Below, in pieces: positions 13,158-25,525 of a DNA stretch of 64,000 nucleotides. Within the stretch, counting starts at the first letter, position 1. Every line of letters begins with the position of its first letter. The notes beneath the pieces were generated by a model. It was not told the DNA's origin. It searched no databases and was given only the letters and a program-made list of their open reading frames with translations. The stretch is from Malacoraja senta (lineage: Eukaryota): contig JAXLNO010000254.1 of assembly GCA_038087875.1 (NCBI GenBank), forward strand, positions 1 through 64,000, read 5' to 3'. A program made the translations under genes and the position numbers.

Positions 13158-14165
13158 GTCTTATCCACGTCAACTCTGTCTAACCCGCTCATAATTTTAA
13201 AGACCTCTATCAAGTCCCCTCTTAACCTTCTGCGCTCCAAAGAATAAAGACCTAACTTGTTCAACCTTTCTCTGTAACTTAGTTGCTGAAACCCAGGCAA
13301 CATTCTAGTGAATCTCCTCTGTACTCTCTCTATTTTGTTGACATCCTTCCTATAATTAGGCGACCAAAATTGTACTCCATACTCCAGAATTGGCCTCACC
13401 AATGCCTTGTACAATTTTAACATTACATCCCAACTTCTATATTCAATGCTCTGATTTATAAAGGCCAGCACCCCAAAAGCTTTCTTTACCACCCTATCTA
13501 CATGAGATTCCACCTTCAGGGAACTATGCACAGTTATTCCTAGATCCCTCTGTTCAACTGCATTCCTCAATTCTCTACCATTTACCATGTACATCCTATT
13601 TTGATTTGTCCTGCCGAGATGTAGTACCTCACATTTATCATCATTAAACTCCATCTGCCATCTTTCAGCCCACTCTTCTAAATGGCCTAAATCTCTCTGT
13701 AGACATTGAAAATCTACTTCATTATCCACCACACCACCTATCTTAGTATCATCTGCATACTTACTAATCCAATTTTCCACACCATCATCCAGATCATTGA
13801 TGTACATGACAAACAACAGTGGACCCAACACAGACCCCTGAGGCACCCCACTAGTCACCGGCCTCCAACCTGACAAACTGCCATCCACCATTACTCTCTG
13901 GCATCTCCCATTCAGCCACATGCCTTGAGAATTAAGGGACAGAAGTTTAGGGGTAACATTAGGGGGAACCTCTTTACTCAGAGAGTGGTGCTGTGTGGAA
14001 TGAGCTTCCAGTGGAAGTGGTGGAGGCAGGTTCGATGTTATCCTTTAAAAATAGATTGGATGGGTATATGGACGGGAAAGGAATGGAGGATTATGGTCTG
14101 AGTGCAGGTAGACGGGACTAGGGGGAAGTAAATTCTAAAAAAAAAAAAAAGTTCGGCACGGACTA
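13158..14165. mobile_element. CR1 (second subfamily) RT fragment on - (13158-13921) abutting a + strand 3' end
   Basis: ORF 13115..13921 has [10 protein letters not shown] and YADDTK. The + strand from 13922 is a CR1 C-terminus and UTR. Confidence 0.85.
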
Positions 14166-14552
14166 GCGTGGAAACAGGCCCTTCGACCCACCGATTCTGT
14201 GCTGACCAGCGATCGCCCGTTCACAAGCTAGTTCTGTGTTTAGTTCAGAGATACGGCGTGGAAACAGGCCCTTCGGCCCACCGAGTCCATGCTGACCAGC
14301 GATCGCCGCACACTAACACTAACCTACACACACACACACACACCAGGGGACAATTTACAATTTTTACCGAAGCCTATTAACCTGCAAACCTGCATGTCTT
14401 TGGAGTATGGGAGGAAACCGGAGCGCCCGGAGAAAACCCACGTAGGTCACAGGGAGAACGTGCAAACTCCGCACAGACAGCACCCGTGGTCGGGATGGAA
14501 CCCGGGTCTCTGGCGCTGTGAGGCAGCAGCGCTACCCGCTGCGCCACCAGGC
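14166..14552 (-). mobile_element. tRNA-derived V-domain SINE
   Basis: A box TGGCGCAGCGG and B-box-like GGTTCCATCCC on the minus strand, plus the V-domain. Confidence 0.85.
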
Positions 14553-14569
14553 CGCCCTTATTCGGGTCA

Positions 14570-15030
14570 ATATAGACAATAGACAATAGGTGCAGGAGTA
14601 GGCCATTTGGCCCTTCAAACCAGCACCGCCATTCAATGTGATCATGGCTGATCATCCCCAATCACTACCCCGTTCTTGCCTTCTCCCCATATCCCCTGAC
14701 TCAACTATCTTTAAGAGCCCTATCTAACTCTATCTTGAAAGCATCAAGAGAATCGGCCTCCACCGCCCTCTGAGGCAGAGAATTCCAGATTCACAACTCT
14801 CTGGGTGAAATAGTTTTTCCTCATCTCCGTTCTAAATGGCTGACCCCTTATTCTTAAACTGTGTGTGGCCCCTGGTTCTGGACTCCCCCGACATGGGGAA
14901 CATGTTTCCGATGTTGGGGGAGTCCAGAACATGCAGGAAACATGTTCCCGATGTTGGGGGAATCCAGAACCAGGGGCCACAGTTTAAGAATAAGGGGTAA
15001 TAGATTTAGAACGGAGACGAGGAAACACTT
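14570..15030. mobile_element. CR1 3' end (-) with a fold-back inverted copy (+)
   Basis: About 14810-14900 is the reverse complement of about 14935-15030. The strand switch is near the palindrome AACATGTT at about 14899. Confidence 0.8.
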
Positions 15031-15039
15031 TTGCTGACA

Positions 15040-16522
15040 AAATTCAACCTTTGATAAGAGCAAAATCTTTCCCCCTTTACTCTACAGCAATTGGTACCTT
15101 TACTTCTTTAAAGAAACAATTAGAATCTGCGACATTACACGCCATCGATGAGGATCTCTCCTTTGTTGTTGAATGTGATGCCTCTGATTTAGCAATATCA
15201 GCAACATTAAATCAAGGAGGACGACCAGTGGCTTTCATGTCTCGTACTCTCCAAGTTGGTGAATTGCACTACTCACCCGTCGAATAGGAAGCTACAGCAA
15301 TTATTGAAGCAGTGAGAAAATGGTCATTTCCTTGCTCGCCAGCACTTCACTTTGATAATAGATCAGCGTTCAGTAGCTTTTATGCTGGATAATCGGAAAC
15401 AAACGATGATTAAAAACAGTAAAATTCATGAATGGAGGATTGAATTATCTGCATATAGTTATTCAATTGAGTACCGCTCTGGTAAGGATAATGTTGCTCC
15501 GGATACATTAACTCAAGCATTTTGTGCCTCTGTTCATTCTTCTGCACTCACTGATCTTCACAATGGGATGTGTCATCCTGGAGTCACTCGTTTGTTACAC
15601 AATGTTCGTTCCAAAAACGTACCTTTCTCTACAGAAGATGTGAAGATGACGTGTGCTTCATGTAGAATCTGTGCTGAAATAAAACCAAGGTTCTTCCGTC
15701 CTGAAGAAGGAAGATTGATCAAAGCTACTCAACCTATGGAACGTTTGAGTATTGACTTCAAAGGGCCTTTACCATCCTCCTCTCGAAATGTTTATATACT
15801 TACCATAGTTGATGAATATTCAAGGTTTCCATTTGCCTTTCCTTGTCCAAATATGTCAGCTGCTACGGTTATCAAATATTTAGATCAACTGTTTTCACTC
15901 TGTGGATTTCCAAGTTACGTACATTCTTATTGGGGCACCTCATTCATGTCAAAATATTTAAAAGACTATCTTTCTAATAGAGGAATTGCAACAAGTAAAA
16001 CAACACCATATCATCCCATTGGAAATGGTCAAGTTGAGAGGTATAACGGAATCATTTGGAAAGCAGTGAAACTGGCTTTAAAGTCAAATGACCATACCAG
16101 ATCAGCAGTGGGAATGTGTTCTACCAGATGCATTACACTCCATCAGATCGCTACTGTCAACTGCTACCAATACTACTCCACATGAGCGGTTCTTTAACTT
16201 CAAACAGCGTTCTTCTAGTAGCACTTCTCTGCCATCATGGTTGACTAGCCATGGGCCTGTGTTGCTTCGTCTTCGCCTTTTGTTGATGAAGCTGAACTCC
16301 GATGTTAACCCTTCTTATGCAACTATCATGTATCAAGATGGATGTCAGTCAACTGTCTCACTTCGTGACCTTGCACCATGTCCGTCTACTCCATCAGCTC
16401 CATCACTCCTTGATAATATTAATCGAGAACTTCCTTCAACACTCCCATTACCCCCTATGGAAACTTCTATAAGTAATTCTAAAATTGAAAATGTAAATAA
16501 CAATATGAGTGAAGTTGATGAC
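15040..16522 (+). mobile_element. Gypsy/Ty3 LTR retrotransposon pol fragment (RNase H + integrase), decayed, no LTRs seen
   Basis: RNase H: VVECDAS...RPVAFMSRTL, DQRS. Integrase zinc finger: H-x4-HPG...CRIC. Core: IDFKGPLP, VDEYSRF, TPYHPIGNGQVERYN. In-frame stop at about 15285 and frameshifts. Confidence 0.9.
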
Positions 16523-16591
16523 CCCCTCTCTCCCCCTCCCCCCTCTCTCGCCCTCTCCCCCCTCTCTCGCTCCCCCCCTCGCTCTCATCTC

Positions 16592-16636
<45 letters not shown>

Positions 16637-16671
16637 GTCCCTCTCTTTCTCACTCTCTCTCTCTCTTTCAG

Positions 16672-16795
16672 GTAGCCACATCACTACTATCGGAGTGGAT
16701 TTCAAGATTCAGACGGTCGATGTTAATGGGGAGAAGATGAAGCTGCAGATCTGGGAAACCGCTGGGCAAGAAGGATTCAGTACAATCACGTCTAC
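16672..16795 (+). pseudogene. RAB35: Isolated RAB35-like exon (switch I to G3/switch II), degenerate
   Basis: tttcag|GT AGC CAC...ACG TCT AC|gtaaat, 124 nt, encoding (G)[40 protein letters not shown](T). Recalled RAB35 is [42 protein letters not shown]. The invariant Asp of WDTAGQ is Glu here. Confidence 0.85.
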
Positions 16796-16804
16796 GTAAA
16801 TTCA

Positions 16805-18415
16805 GCCCATCAAGTCTACGCCATTCAAAAATGGCTGATCTATCTCCCTCCTAACCCATTCTCCTGCCTTCTCCGCATAACCCCTGACACCCCCACTAAT
16901 CAACAATTAAACCACCTATCTCTGCCTTAAGTTACCCACTGACTTTTGGCCTCCACCGCCATTTGTGAATCCCACAGATTCCCCACCCTCTGGCTAAATA
17001 AATCCCCCCTCATTTCCTTCCTGAAGGAACGTCCTTTAATTCTGAGGCTGTGCCCTCTGGTCCTAAACTCTCCCACTCGTGGAAATATCCTCTCCACATC
17101 CACTGTATCCAGGCCTTTCACTGTTTGCTAAAGTTTCAATGAGGTCCCCCCCCCTCGTTGTTCTAAACTCCAGCGAGTACAGGTCCAGCGCCGACAAACG
17201 CTCATCGTACGTTAACCCACTCATTCCTGGGATCTGTTGCCGTGAACCTCCTCTGGACCCTCTCCAGAGCCGGCACATCCTTCCTCAGATATGGGGCCCA
17301 AAATTGCTCACAGTTACACCGAATGCGACCGGACCAGCGCCTCATAGAGCCTTGTTTTTGTAAACAAGTAACATTAGCAAATTTGCAGATGACACAAAGC
17401 TGGGTGGCAGTGTGAATTGTGAGGAGGATGCTATGAGAATGCAGGGTGACTTGGACTGGTTGGGTGAGTGGGCAGATGCATGGCAGATGCAGTTAAATGT
17501 GGATAAACGTGAAGTTATCCACTTTGGTAGCAAAAACAGGAAGGCAGATTACTGTCTGAATGGTGTCAAGTTGGAAAAAGGGGAAGTACAACAGGATCTG
17601 GGGGTCCTTGTTCATCAGTCAATGAAAGTAAGCATGCAGATACAGCAGGCAGTGAAGAAAGCAAATGGCATGTTGGCCTTCATAACAAGAGGAGTTGAGT
17701 ATAGGAGCAAAGAGGTCCTTATCCAGTTGTATAGTGTCCTAGTGAGACCACACCTGGAGTATTGTTATTATTATTATTAACATTATACTTATGGGCACCT
17801 TTCAAAGACTCTCAAGGACGCCTTTCAAAATGTAATAAGCAGATTACAAAACATATAAGCAGAATAAAACCAAAAAGTGTGCAGCTTTGGTCTCCAAATT
17901 TGAGGACGGACATTCTTGCTACTGAGGGAGTGCAGCGTAGGTTCACAAGATTAATTCCCGAGATGGTGGGACTGTCATATGCTGAGAGAATGAAGCGGCT
18001 GGATTTGTATGCTCTGGAGTTTAGAAGGATGAGAGGGAATCTTATTGAAACATATAAGATTATTAAGGGTTTGGACAATCTAGAGGCAGGAAACATGTTC
18101 CCGATGTTGGGGGAGCTCAGAACCAGGGGTGACACAGGTTAAGAATAAGGGGTAAGCCATTTAGAACGGAGATGAGGAAACACTTTTTCACCCAGAGAGT
18201 TGTGAGTCTGTGGAATTCTCTGCCTCAAGAGGCCGGTTCTCTGGATACTTTCAAGAGAGTGCTAGATAGGGCTCTTAAAGATAGCGGTGTCAGGGGATAC
18301 GGGGAGAAGACAGGAACGGGGTACTGATTGTGGATGATCAGCCATGATCACAGTGAATGGCGGTGCTAGCTCGAAGGGCTGAATGGCCTACTCCTGCATC
18401 TGTTGTCTATTGACT
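16805..18415. mobile_element. CR1 fragments: - strand 3' end (16805-17350) and + strand RT-to-tail (17365-18415) with a small insert at about 17766-17876
   Basis: ORFs 16927..17121, 17412..17780 and 17762..18142 carry CR1 ORF2 C-terminal peptides. Confidence 0.85.
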
Positions 18416-19139
18416 ATTGACTCCCCTTCACTCCTCACCCCCTCCCTCGCCCCCTCCCTCACCCCCTCCCTCACCCCCTTCCTCTCTCTCTCTCCCTCCC
18501 CCCTCCCTCCCCACAATAGAAGGCTTTTATCGGGATGAATCACAGCACGGTTTAGGAACAGCTCCGTCCAAGACCCGCAGGTAATCGCAGAGAGTTGTGG
18601 AGGAAGGAACTGCAGATGCCTGTCCCACTGAGTTACTCCATCACTTTGTACCTGTCTACGTTCTCCATAGATGCTGTCTGACCCGCTGAGTTACTCCAGC
18701 ACATTGTGTCCATCATCAATTTTAAACCAGCATCTGCAGTTCCTTGCCACACACTTAGAAAAATAGAAAATAGTTGCAGGAGTAGACCATTCGGCCCTTC
18801 GAGCCAGCACCGCAATTCAATATGATCATGGCTGATCATCCACAATCACTTCCCCGTTCCTGCCTTCTCCCCATATCCCTTGATTCCGTTAGCCCTAAGA
18901 GCTAACTCTAACTGTCTTGAAAGCATCCAGAGAATTGGCCTCCACTGCCTTCTGAGGCAGAGAATCCCATAGATTCACAACTCTCTGGGTGGAAAATTTT
19001 CTCCTCATCTCAGTCCTAAATAGCTGACCCCTAATTCTTAAACTGTGTGTTGCCCCTGGTTCTGGACTACCCCAACATCGTGAACATTTTTCTTGCATCT
19101 AGCCTGTCCAATCCCTAAAGAATTTTATATGTTTCGCTA

Positions 19140-20119
19140 AGTTGCCCAAGCAGTTGTCCCCACGTGCCTTAAAACCACCTCCATCGTGCCGGTGCCAAAA
19201 CACTCCACTGCGGAGAGCCTTAATGACTTGGCGTGATATTTGACTCAGCACTGAAATTTGACAAACAAGTCAATGCCGTGGTAAAAGCTAGCTTCTTTCA
19301 GCTTTGGACGATAGCTAAAATAAAATAATTCCTCCAGTCTGATGACCTCGAAAAAATCATCCACTCATTCATCTCCTCCCGCCTAGATTACTGTAACTCC
19401 CTCTACACTGGCATCAGCCAATCTTCCCTGTCCCGCCTGCAACTGGTCCAAAACGCCGCAGCGAGACTCCTGACGGGCACCCGAAAAAAGGACCACATCA
19501 CCCCGATCCTGGCCTCTCTCCCCTGGCTCCCTGTGTGGTTCCGTATAAACTTCAAGATCCTCCTCCATGTCTACAAAGCCCTCAATGGGCTTGCCCCCAC
19601 CTACATAAAAAGTCTTCTCACCCACCACTCCACCTCCAGGCCCCTCAGATCGGCTGACTTGGGGTTGCTGAATATCCCACGGTCTAGGCATAAGCTCAGG
19701 GGCGACCGCGCCTATGCGGTTGCAGCCCCTAGACTGTGGAACAGCATCCCCTTTCCCATCAGAACTGCCCCCTCCATCGACTCTTTTAAGTCAAGACTAA
19801 AAACGTATCTATACACCCAAGCCCTCTCCCAAGTCGACAACACAAACACCTACGTGAGAATGCTGTTCATCGACTATAGCTCCGCATTCAACACCATTAT
19901 CCCCTCAAAACTGATCACCAAACTCAGCGACCTGGGCATCAACTCCTCCCTCTGCAACTGGATACTGGACTTCCTAACTAACAGACCCCAGTCTGTTAGG
20001 TTGGACAACCACACCTCTTCAACCCTCACCCTGAACACCGGCGTTCCACAGGGCTGTGTACTGAGCCCACTCCTCTACTCCCTCTTCACCTATGACTGCA
20101 CACCTGTACATGGTTCTAA
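19140..20119 (+). mobile_element. Rex1 RT fragment interrupted by an L2 LINE 3' coding fragment (about 19228-19822)
   Basis: Rex1 IVPVPK..LND, then L2 LGVIFDSAL...SRLDYCNSL...VQNAAARLL...[12 protein letters not shown]...FKSRLKTYL, then Rex1 [17 protein letters not shown]...[12 protein letters not shown]. Confidence 0.85.
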
Positions 20120-20265
20120 GAGAGAGAGAGAGAGAGAGAGACAGAGACTGAGACTGAGAGAGAGAGAGAGGTCAGTGAGGGTGAGACAGAGACAGAGACT
20201 GAGAGAGAGAGAGAGAGAGGTCAGTGAGTGGGAGAGAGAGACAGAATTAGAGACAGACTTAGAGA

Positions 20266-20302
<37 letters not shown>

Positions 20303-20408
20303 CAGTGAGGGGGAGAGAGAGAGACAGAGACTGAGAGAGAGAGAGAGAGAGACAGAGACTGAGAGAGAGAGGTCAGTGAGGGGGAGAGAGAGAGAGACAG
20401 AGAGAGAC

Positions 20409-20492
<84 letters not shown>

Positions 20493-20659
20493 CAGTGAGG
20501 GGGAGAGAGAGAGACAGAGACTGAGAGAGAGAGATAGAGAGAGGTCAGTGAGGGGAGAGAGAGAGAGAGGCAGACAGGGACTGAGAGAGAGAGAGAGAGG
20601 GGTCAGTGAGGGGGAGAGAGAGAGACAGAGACTGAGAGAGAGAGACAGAGAGAGAGACT

Positions 20660-20691
<32 letters not shown>

Positions 20692-20695
20692 CTGA

Positions 20696-20784
<89 letters not shown>

Positions 20785-20788
20785 CAGT

Positions 20789-20820
<32 letters not shown>

Positions 20821-20894
20821 CTGAGAGAGAGAGGTCAGTGAGGAGGAGAGAGAGAGAGAGACAGAGACAGAGAGAGAGAGAGGTCAGTGAGGGG

Positions 20895-20925
<31 letters not shown>

Positions 20926-20970
20926 TGAGAGAGAGAGAGACAGAGACTGAGAGAGGTCAGTGGGGGAGAG
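20120..20970. repeat. (AG)n-based minisatellite with recurring GGTCAGTGAGGGGG and ACAGAGACTG units
   Basis: Directly visible. Confidence 0.95.
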
Positions 20971-21291
20971 GGAGGGGGGGGGAATCAGAGAGTGAGGTGT
21001 GGGTGTGTGAGGGGAGGAGTTGGGGCCACTGAACGATACCACCCACCCCCGCTCCTCTCCCCCCACCCACAGTGTCCCGGTCCCCACCCCCCCTCCCTCA
21101 TCTCCACTCCCCTATCCCTACACCCCCCTCCCTCCCCATCCCCTCTCCCTCCTCTCCACCCCCCTCCCCTCTCTCTCCCCCCTCCCCACCCTTCCCCTTT
21201 TTCACCCAGAGAGTTGTGAATCTGTTGAATTCTCTGCCACAGAAGGCAGTGGAGGACAATTCACTGAATGTTTTCAAGAGAGTTAGATATG

Positions 21292-22843
21292 CAGTGCCCT
21301 CCATAATGTTTGGGACAAAGACCCAACATTTATTTATTTCCCTCTGTACTCCACAATTTGAGATTTGTAATAGAAAAAAATCACATGTGGTTAAAGTGCA
21401 CATTGTCAGATTTTAATAAAGGCCATTTTTATACATTTTGGTTTCAACATGTAGAAATTACAGCAGTGTTTATACATAGTCCCTCCTCATTTCAGGGCAC
21501 CATAATGTTTGGGACACATGGCTTCACAGGTGTTTATAATTGCTCAAGTGTGTTTAATTGCCTCCTTAATGCAGGTATAAGAGAGCTCTCAGCACCCAGT
21601 CTTTCCATCACCTTTGGAAACTTTTATTGCTGTTTATCAACATGAGGATCAAAGTTGTACCAATGAAAGTGAAAGAAGCCATTATGAGACTGAGAAACAA
21701 GAATAAAACTGCTAGGGACATCAGCCAAACCTTATGCTTACCAAAATGAACTGTTTGGAACATCATTAAGAAAGAGAGCACTGGTGAGCTTACTAATCGC
21801 AAAGGGACTGGCAGGCCAAGGAAGACCTCCACAGCTGATGACAGAATAATTATCTCTATAATAAAGAAAAATCCCCTTCATGAACGGAAATACAGAGGCT
21901 ACACTGCAAGATGCAAACCACTGGATAGCTGCAAAATAGGATGGCCAGGTTACATTTTGCCAAGACGTGCTTAAAAGAGCAACCACAGTTCTGGAAAAAA
22001 GGTCTTGTGGACAGATGAGACGAAGATTAACTTATATCAGAGTGATGGCAAGAGCACAGTATGGAGGAGAGAAGGAACTGCCCAAGATCCAAAGCATACC
22101 ACCTCATCTGTGAAACACGGTGTTATGGCCTGGGCATGTATGGCTGCTGAAGGTACTGACTCACTTATCTTCTTTGATGATACAACTGCTGATGGTAGTA
22201 ACATGATGAATTCTGAAGTGTATAGACACATCCTATCTGCTCCAGTTCAAACAAATGCCTCAAAACTCATTGGCCGGCGGTTCATTCTACAGCAAGACAA
22301 TGATCCCAAACATACTGCTAAAGCAACAAAGGAGTTTTTCAAAGCTAAAAAATGGTCAATTCTTGAGTGGCTAAGTCAATCACCCAATCTGAACCCAATT
22401 GAGCATGCCTTTTATATGCTGAAGAGAAAACTGAAGGGGAATAGACCCAAAACAAACAAAAGCTAAAGATGGCTGCAATACAGGCCTGGCAGAGCATCAC
22501 TTGAGAAGACACCCAGCAACTGGTGATGTCCATGAATCGCAGACTTCAAGCAGTCATTGCATGCAAAGGATATGCAACAAAATACTAAACATGGCTACTT
22601 TCATTTACATGACATTGCTGTGTCCCAAACATTATGATGCCCTGAAATTGGGGGACTATGTTTAAACACTGCTGTAATTTCTACATGATGAAACCAAAAT
22701 GTATAAAAATGGCCTTTATTAAAATCTGACAATGTGCTCTTTAACCACATGTGATTTTTTCCTATTACAAATCGCAAATTGTGGAGTACAGAGGCAAATA
22801 AATAAATGATGGACCTTTGTTCCAAACATTATGGAGGGCACTG
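21292..22843 (+). mobile_element. Tc1/mariner DNA transposon, IR/DR type, decayed DD34E transposase
   Basis: About 225-bp terminal inverted repeats (CAGTGCCCTCCATAATGTTTGG...CCAAACATTATGGAGGGCACTG), each with an internal direct repeat CATAATGTTTGGGACA. Motifs WTDETKINL, QQDNDPKH and SPNLNPIEH, with stops and frameshifts. Confidence 0.95.
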
Positions 22844-23041
22844 ATTGGGGCTGATCAGCCATGATCACATTGAATGGTGGTGCTGGCTCGAAGGGCCGAA
22901 TGGCCTACTCCTGCACCTATTGTCTATTGTAGCTCTTGGGGTGAAAGGAATAAAGGGATATGTGGAGAAAGCAGGAACGGGGAACTGATTGTAGATGATC
23001 AGCCCAGATCATATTACGCCCGCCTCTCCCCCCTCACTCAC

Positions 23042-23141
23042 AAGCCACTCTTGTCCACGGCGACGGCCCGGACCCCCCCTTTGTGACAAAGCATCTTCAC
23101 CAGCGGCTCTTTCATGTTGGGACTCCACAGCGTCACTGTAC
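23042..23141 (-). pseudogene. WDR46: WDR46 (BING4/Utp7) exon, third of three in the window
   Basis: cccag|GT ACA GTG ACG CTG TGG AGT CCC...AGT GGC TT|gtgagt, 100 nt, encoding (G)[32 protein letters not shown]. Phase matches the preceding exon. Not in the ORF track. Confidence 0.85.
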
Positions 23142-23194
23142 CTGGGCAGGCAGGGGGGGGGGGCGGTTAACCGTGGGGTGGGGAGTGGAGTGAA

Positions 23195-23507
23195 CACGGT
23201 GGCGCAGCGGTCGAGTTGCTGCCTCACAGCGCCGGAGACCCGGGTTCGATCCCGACCACGGGTGTTGTCTGTACGGAGTTTGCACATTCTCCCCGTGACC
23301 TGCGTGGGTTTTCTCCGGTAGCTCCGGTTTCCTCCCGCACTCCAAAGTCGTGCAGGTGAGTAGGTTAGTTGGATTGGTGTAAATGTGATAAATTGTTCCT
23401 AGTGTGTGTAGGGTAGCGTTAGTGTGTGGGGATCGCGGGTCGGCACGGACTCGGTGGGCCGAAGGGCCTGTTTCCGCGCTGTATCTCTAAACTGAACTAA
23501 ACTAAAC
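23195..23507 (+). mobile_element. tRNA-derived V-domain SINE, full length
   Basis: A box TGGCGCAGCGG, B box GGTTCGATCCC, V-domain GAGTTTGCACATTCTCCCCGTG...GGTTTCCTCCC, LINE-like tail ending (CTAAA)n. Confidence 0.9.
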
Positions 23508-23756
23508 GCTGAAGGGTTTTAACCCGAAACGTTACCTATTCCTTCGCTCCATAAATGCCGCCTCACCTGCTGAGTTTCCCCAGCATTTTTGTCCACCTTA
23601 AACTAAACGCCGTGAGGTGGCAACATCGTGAGGGGGGGGGGGGTGGCAGCGGACGGCGGGGAGAGGGGGGAAGGGGAGAGGGGGGAAGGGGAGGGGGGGG
23701 GGCAGTCTGGGGTCACATGGGAGCGGGAAGAGAGAAGGGGAGTTGAGGGTTCACAA

Positions 23757-25120
23757 TGTCCCAGCTGAACCAATCACACCTGCGTGAGCTTGGTCCATAT
23801 CCCTCCAAACCTGTCCTGTCCATGTACCTGTTTAAATGTTTCTTAAACGTTGGGATAGTCCCAGCCTCAACAACCTCTGGCAGCTTGTTTCGTATGCCAA
23901 CCACCCTCTGTGTGAAAAAGTTACCCCTCAGATTCCTATTAAATCTTTTCTTCTTCACCTTGAACATATGTTCTCTGGTCCTCGATTCCCCGACTCTGGG
24001 CAAGAGACTCCGTGCATCTACCCGATCTATTCCTCTCATGATTTTATACACCTCCATAAGATCACACCTCATCCTCCTGAGGTCCATGGAATAGAGACCC
24101 AGCCTACTCAACCTCTCCCTATAGCTCTAGTCCTGGCAACATCCTCTTAAGTCTTCGCTTAACCCTTTCAAGCTTGACAATATCTTTCCTATAACGTGGT
24201 TCCCAGAACTGAACACAATATTCTAAATGCTGTCTCACCAACGTCTTATACAACTGCAACATGACCTCCCGACTTCTATACTCAATATTCTGACTGATGA
24301 AGGCCAACGTGCCAAAGTCTTTTTGACCACCTTATCTACCTGTGACTCGACCTACAAGGAACCATGCACCTGTACTCCTAGATCCCTCCGCTCTACAACA
24401 CTACCCAGAGGCCTACCATTTACTGTGTAGGTCCTGCTCTTGTTCGACATCCTAAAATGCAACACCTCTGTATTAAATTCCATCAACCATTCCTCCTCCC
24501 ACCTGGCCAATCGATCCAGATCCTGCTGCAATTGTTCACAACCATCTTCAATATCTGCAAAACCACTAACATTTGTATCAACAGCAAACTTGCTAATCTT
24601 GCCCTATATGTTTTCATTCAAATCATTGATGTAGATGACAAACAGTAACGGGCCCAGCACCAAACCCTGAGGCACACCACTAGTCACAGGCCTCCAGTCC
24701 AAGAAGCAACCTTCCACCATCACCCTCTGCTTCGTTCCATTGAGCCAATTTGCTATCCTTTCAGCTATCTTTCCATAGATCCCATGCGATCTAACCTTCC
24801 AGAGCAGCCTACCATGCGGAACCTTGTCGAACGCCTCACTGAAGTCCATGTACACAACATCTACATGGTCACATCTTCAATAAACAATCAGATTTGTGAG
24901 ACACGACCTCTCACGTACAGAACCATGCTGACTGTCCCTAATCAGCCCTTGCCCATCCAAATGCCCGTACATCCTATCCCTCAGAATACTCTCCAGTAAC
25001 TTTCCAACTACAGATGTTAAGCTCACCGGCCTGTAGTTCCCAGCATTTTCCCTGCAGCCCTTCTTGAAAAGAGGCACAACATTTGCCACCCTCCTGTCTT
25101 CCGGCACCTCTCCTGTATTC
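23757..25120 (-). mobile_element. CR1 LINE RT-to-3' fragment, decayed, inside a WDR46 intron
   Basis: ORFs 24877..25122 (NYRPVSLTSVVGK), 24604..24855 (GVPQG), 24119..24307 and 23713..24111. Confidence 0.9.
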
Positions 25121-25274
25121 AAAGAGGGTGGAGGGGTGACATTCGGGGGGGAGAGAGGAGAGTGGGGGAGAGTCTGGGGTCAATGAGGGGAGAGAGGAGA
25201 GTGGGGGGGATGGCATTTGAGCGGACGCTTGTGGAGGTTACGGGTGGGGGGGGGTGCGGTGACCTCGCTGACCA

Positions 25275-25378
25275 CTGACCGGTGCCCACACTGTCTGGAG
25301 TGCCCATTGTCCAGAGTGACCGGTGCCCATTGTCCAGAGTGACCGGTGCCCACACTGGCCGGAGTGACCGGTGCCCAC
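25275..25378. repeat. Short tandem repeat (about 23-bp unit GTGCCCATTGTCCAGAGTGACCG) next to the WDR46 donor site
   Basis: Four to five imperfect units are directly visible. Confidence 0.8.
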
Positions 25379-25389
25379 CTCCCCCTTAC

Positions 25390-25525
25390 CCTGCGGGTGC
25401 CCCAAGTGGACGATGCCGTTGTGAGGGTTGTGGGTCATGACGTCCAGTTGACCGGCTTTGGTGCAGATGGCAGCCACCTCCTTGCCCACCGAGATGTCCA
25501 AGTACTGCAGGAACCCTGGCGCACT
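25390..25525 (-). pseudogene. WDR46: WDR46 exon, second of three
   Basis: tgcag|AGT GCG CCA GGG...CCG CAG G|gtaagg, 136 nt, encoding SAPGFLQYLDISVGKEVAAICTKAGQLDVMTHNPHNGIVHLGHPQ(G). Recalled human sequence is SETGFLTYLDVSVGK...NPYNAVIHLGHSNG. Confidence 0.9.

Noticed and set aside
23195..23270. tRNA gene suggested by A and B boxes
   Set aside because: It is the head of a V-domain SINE, runs into the SINE body, and recurs many times in the window.
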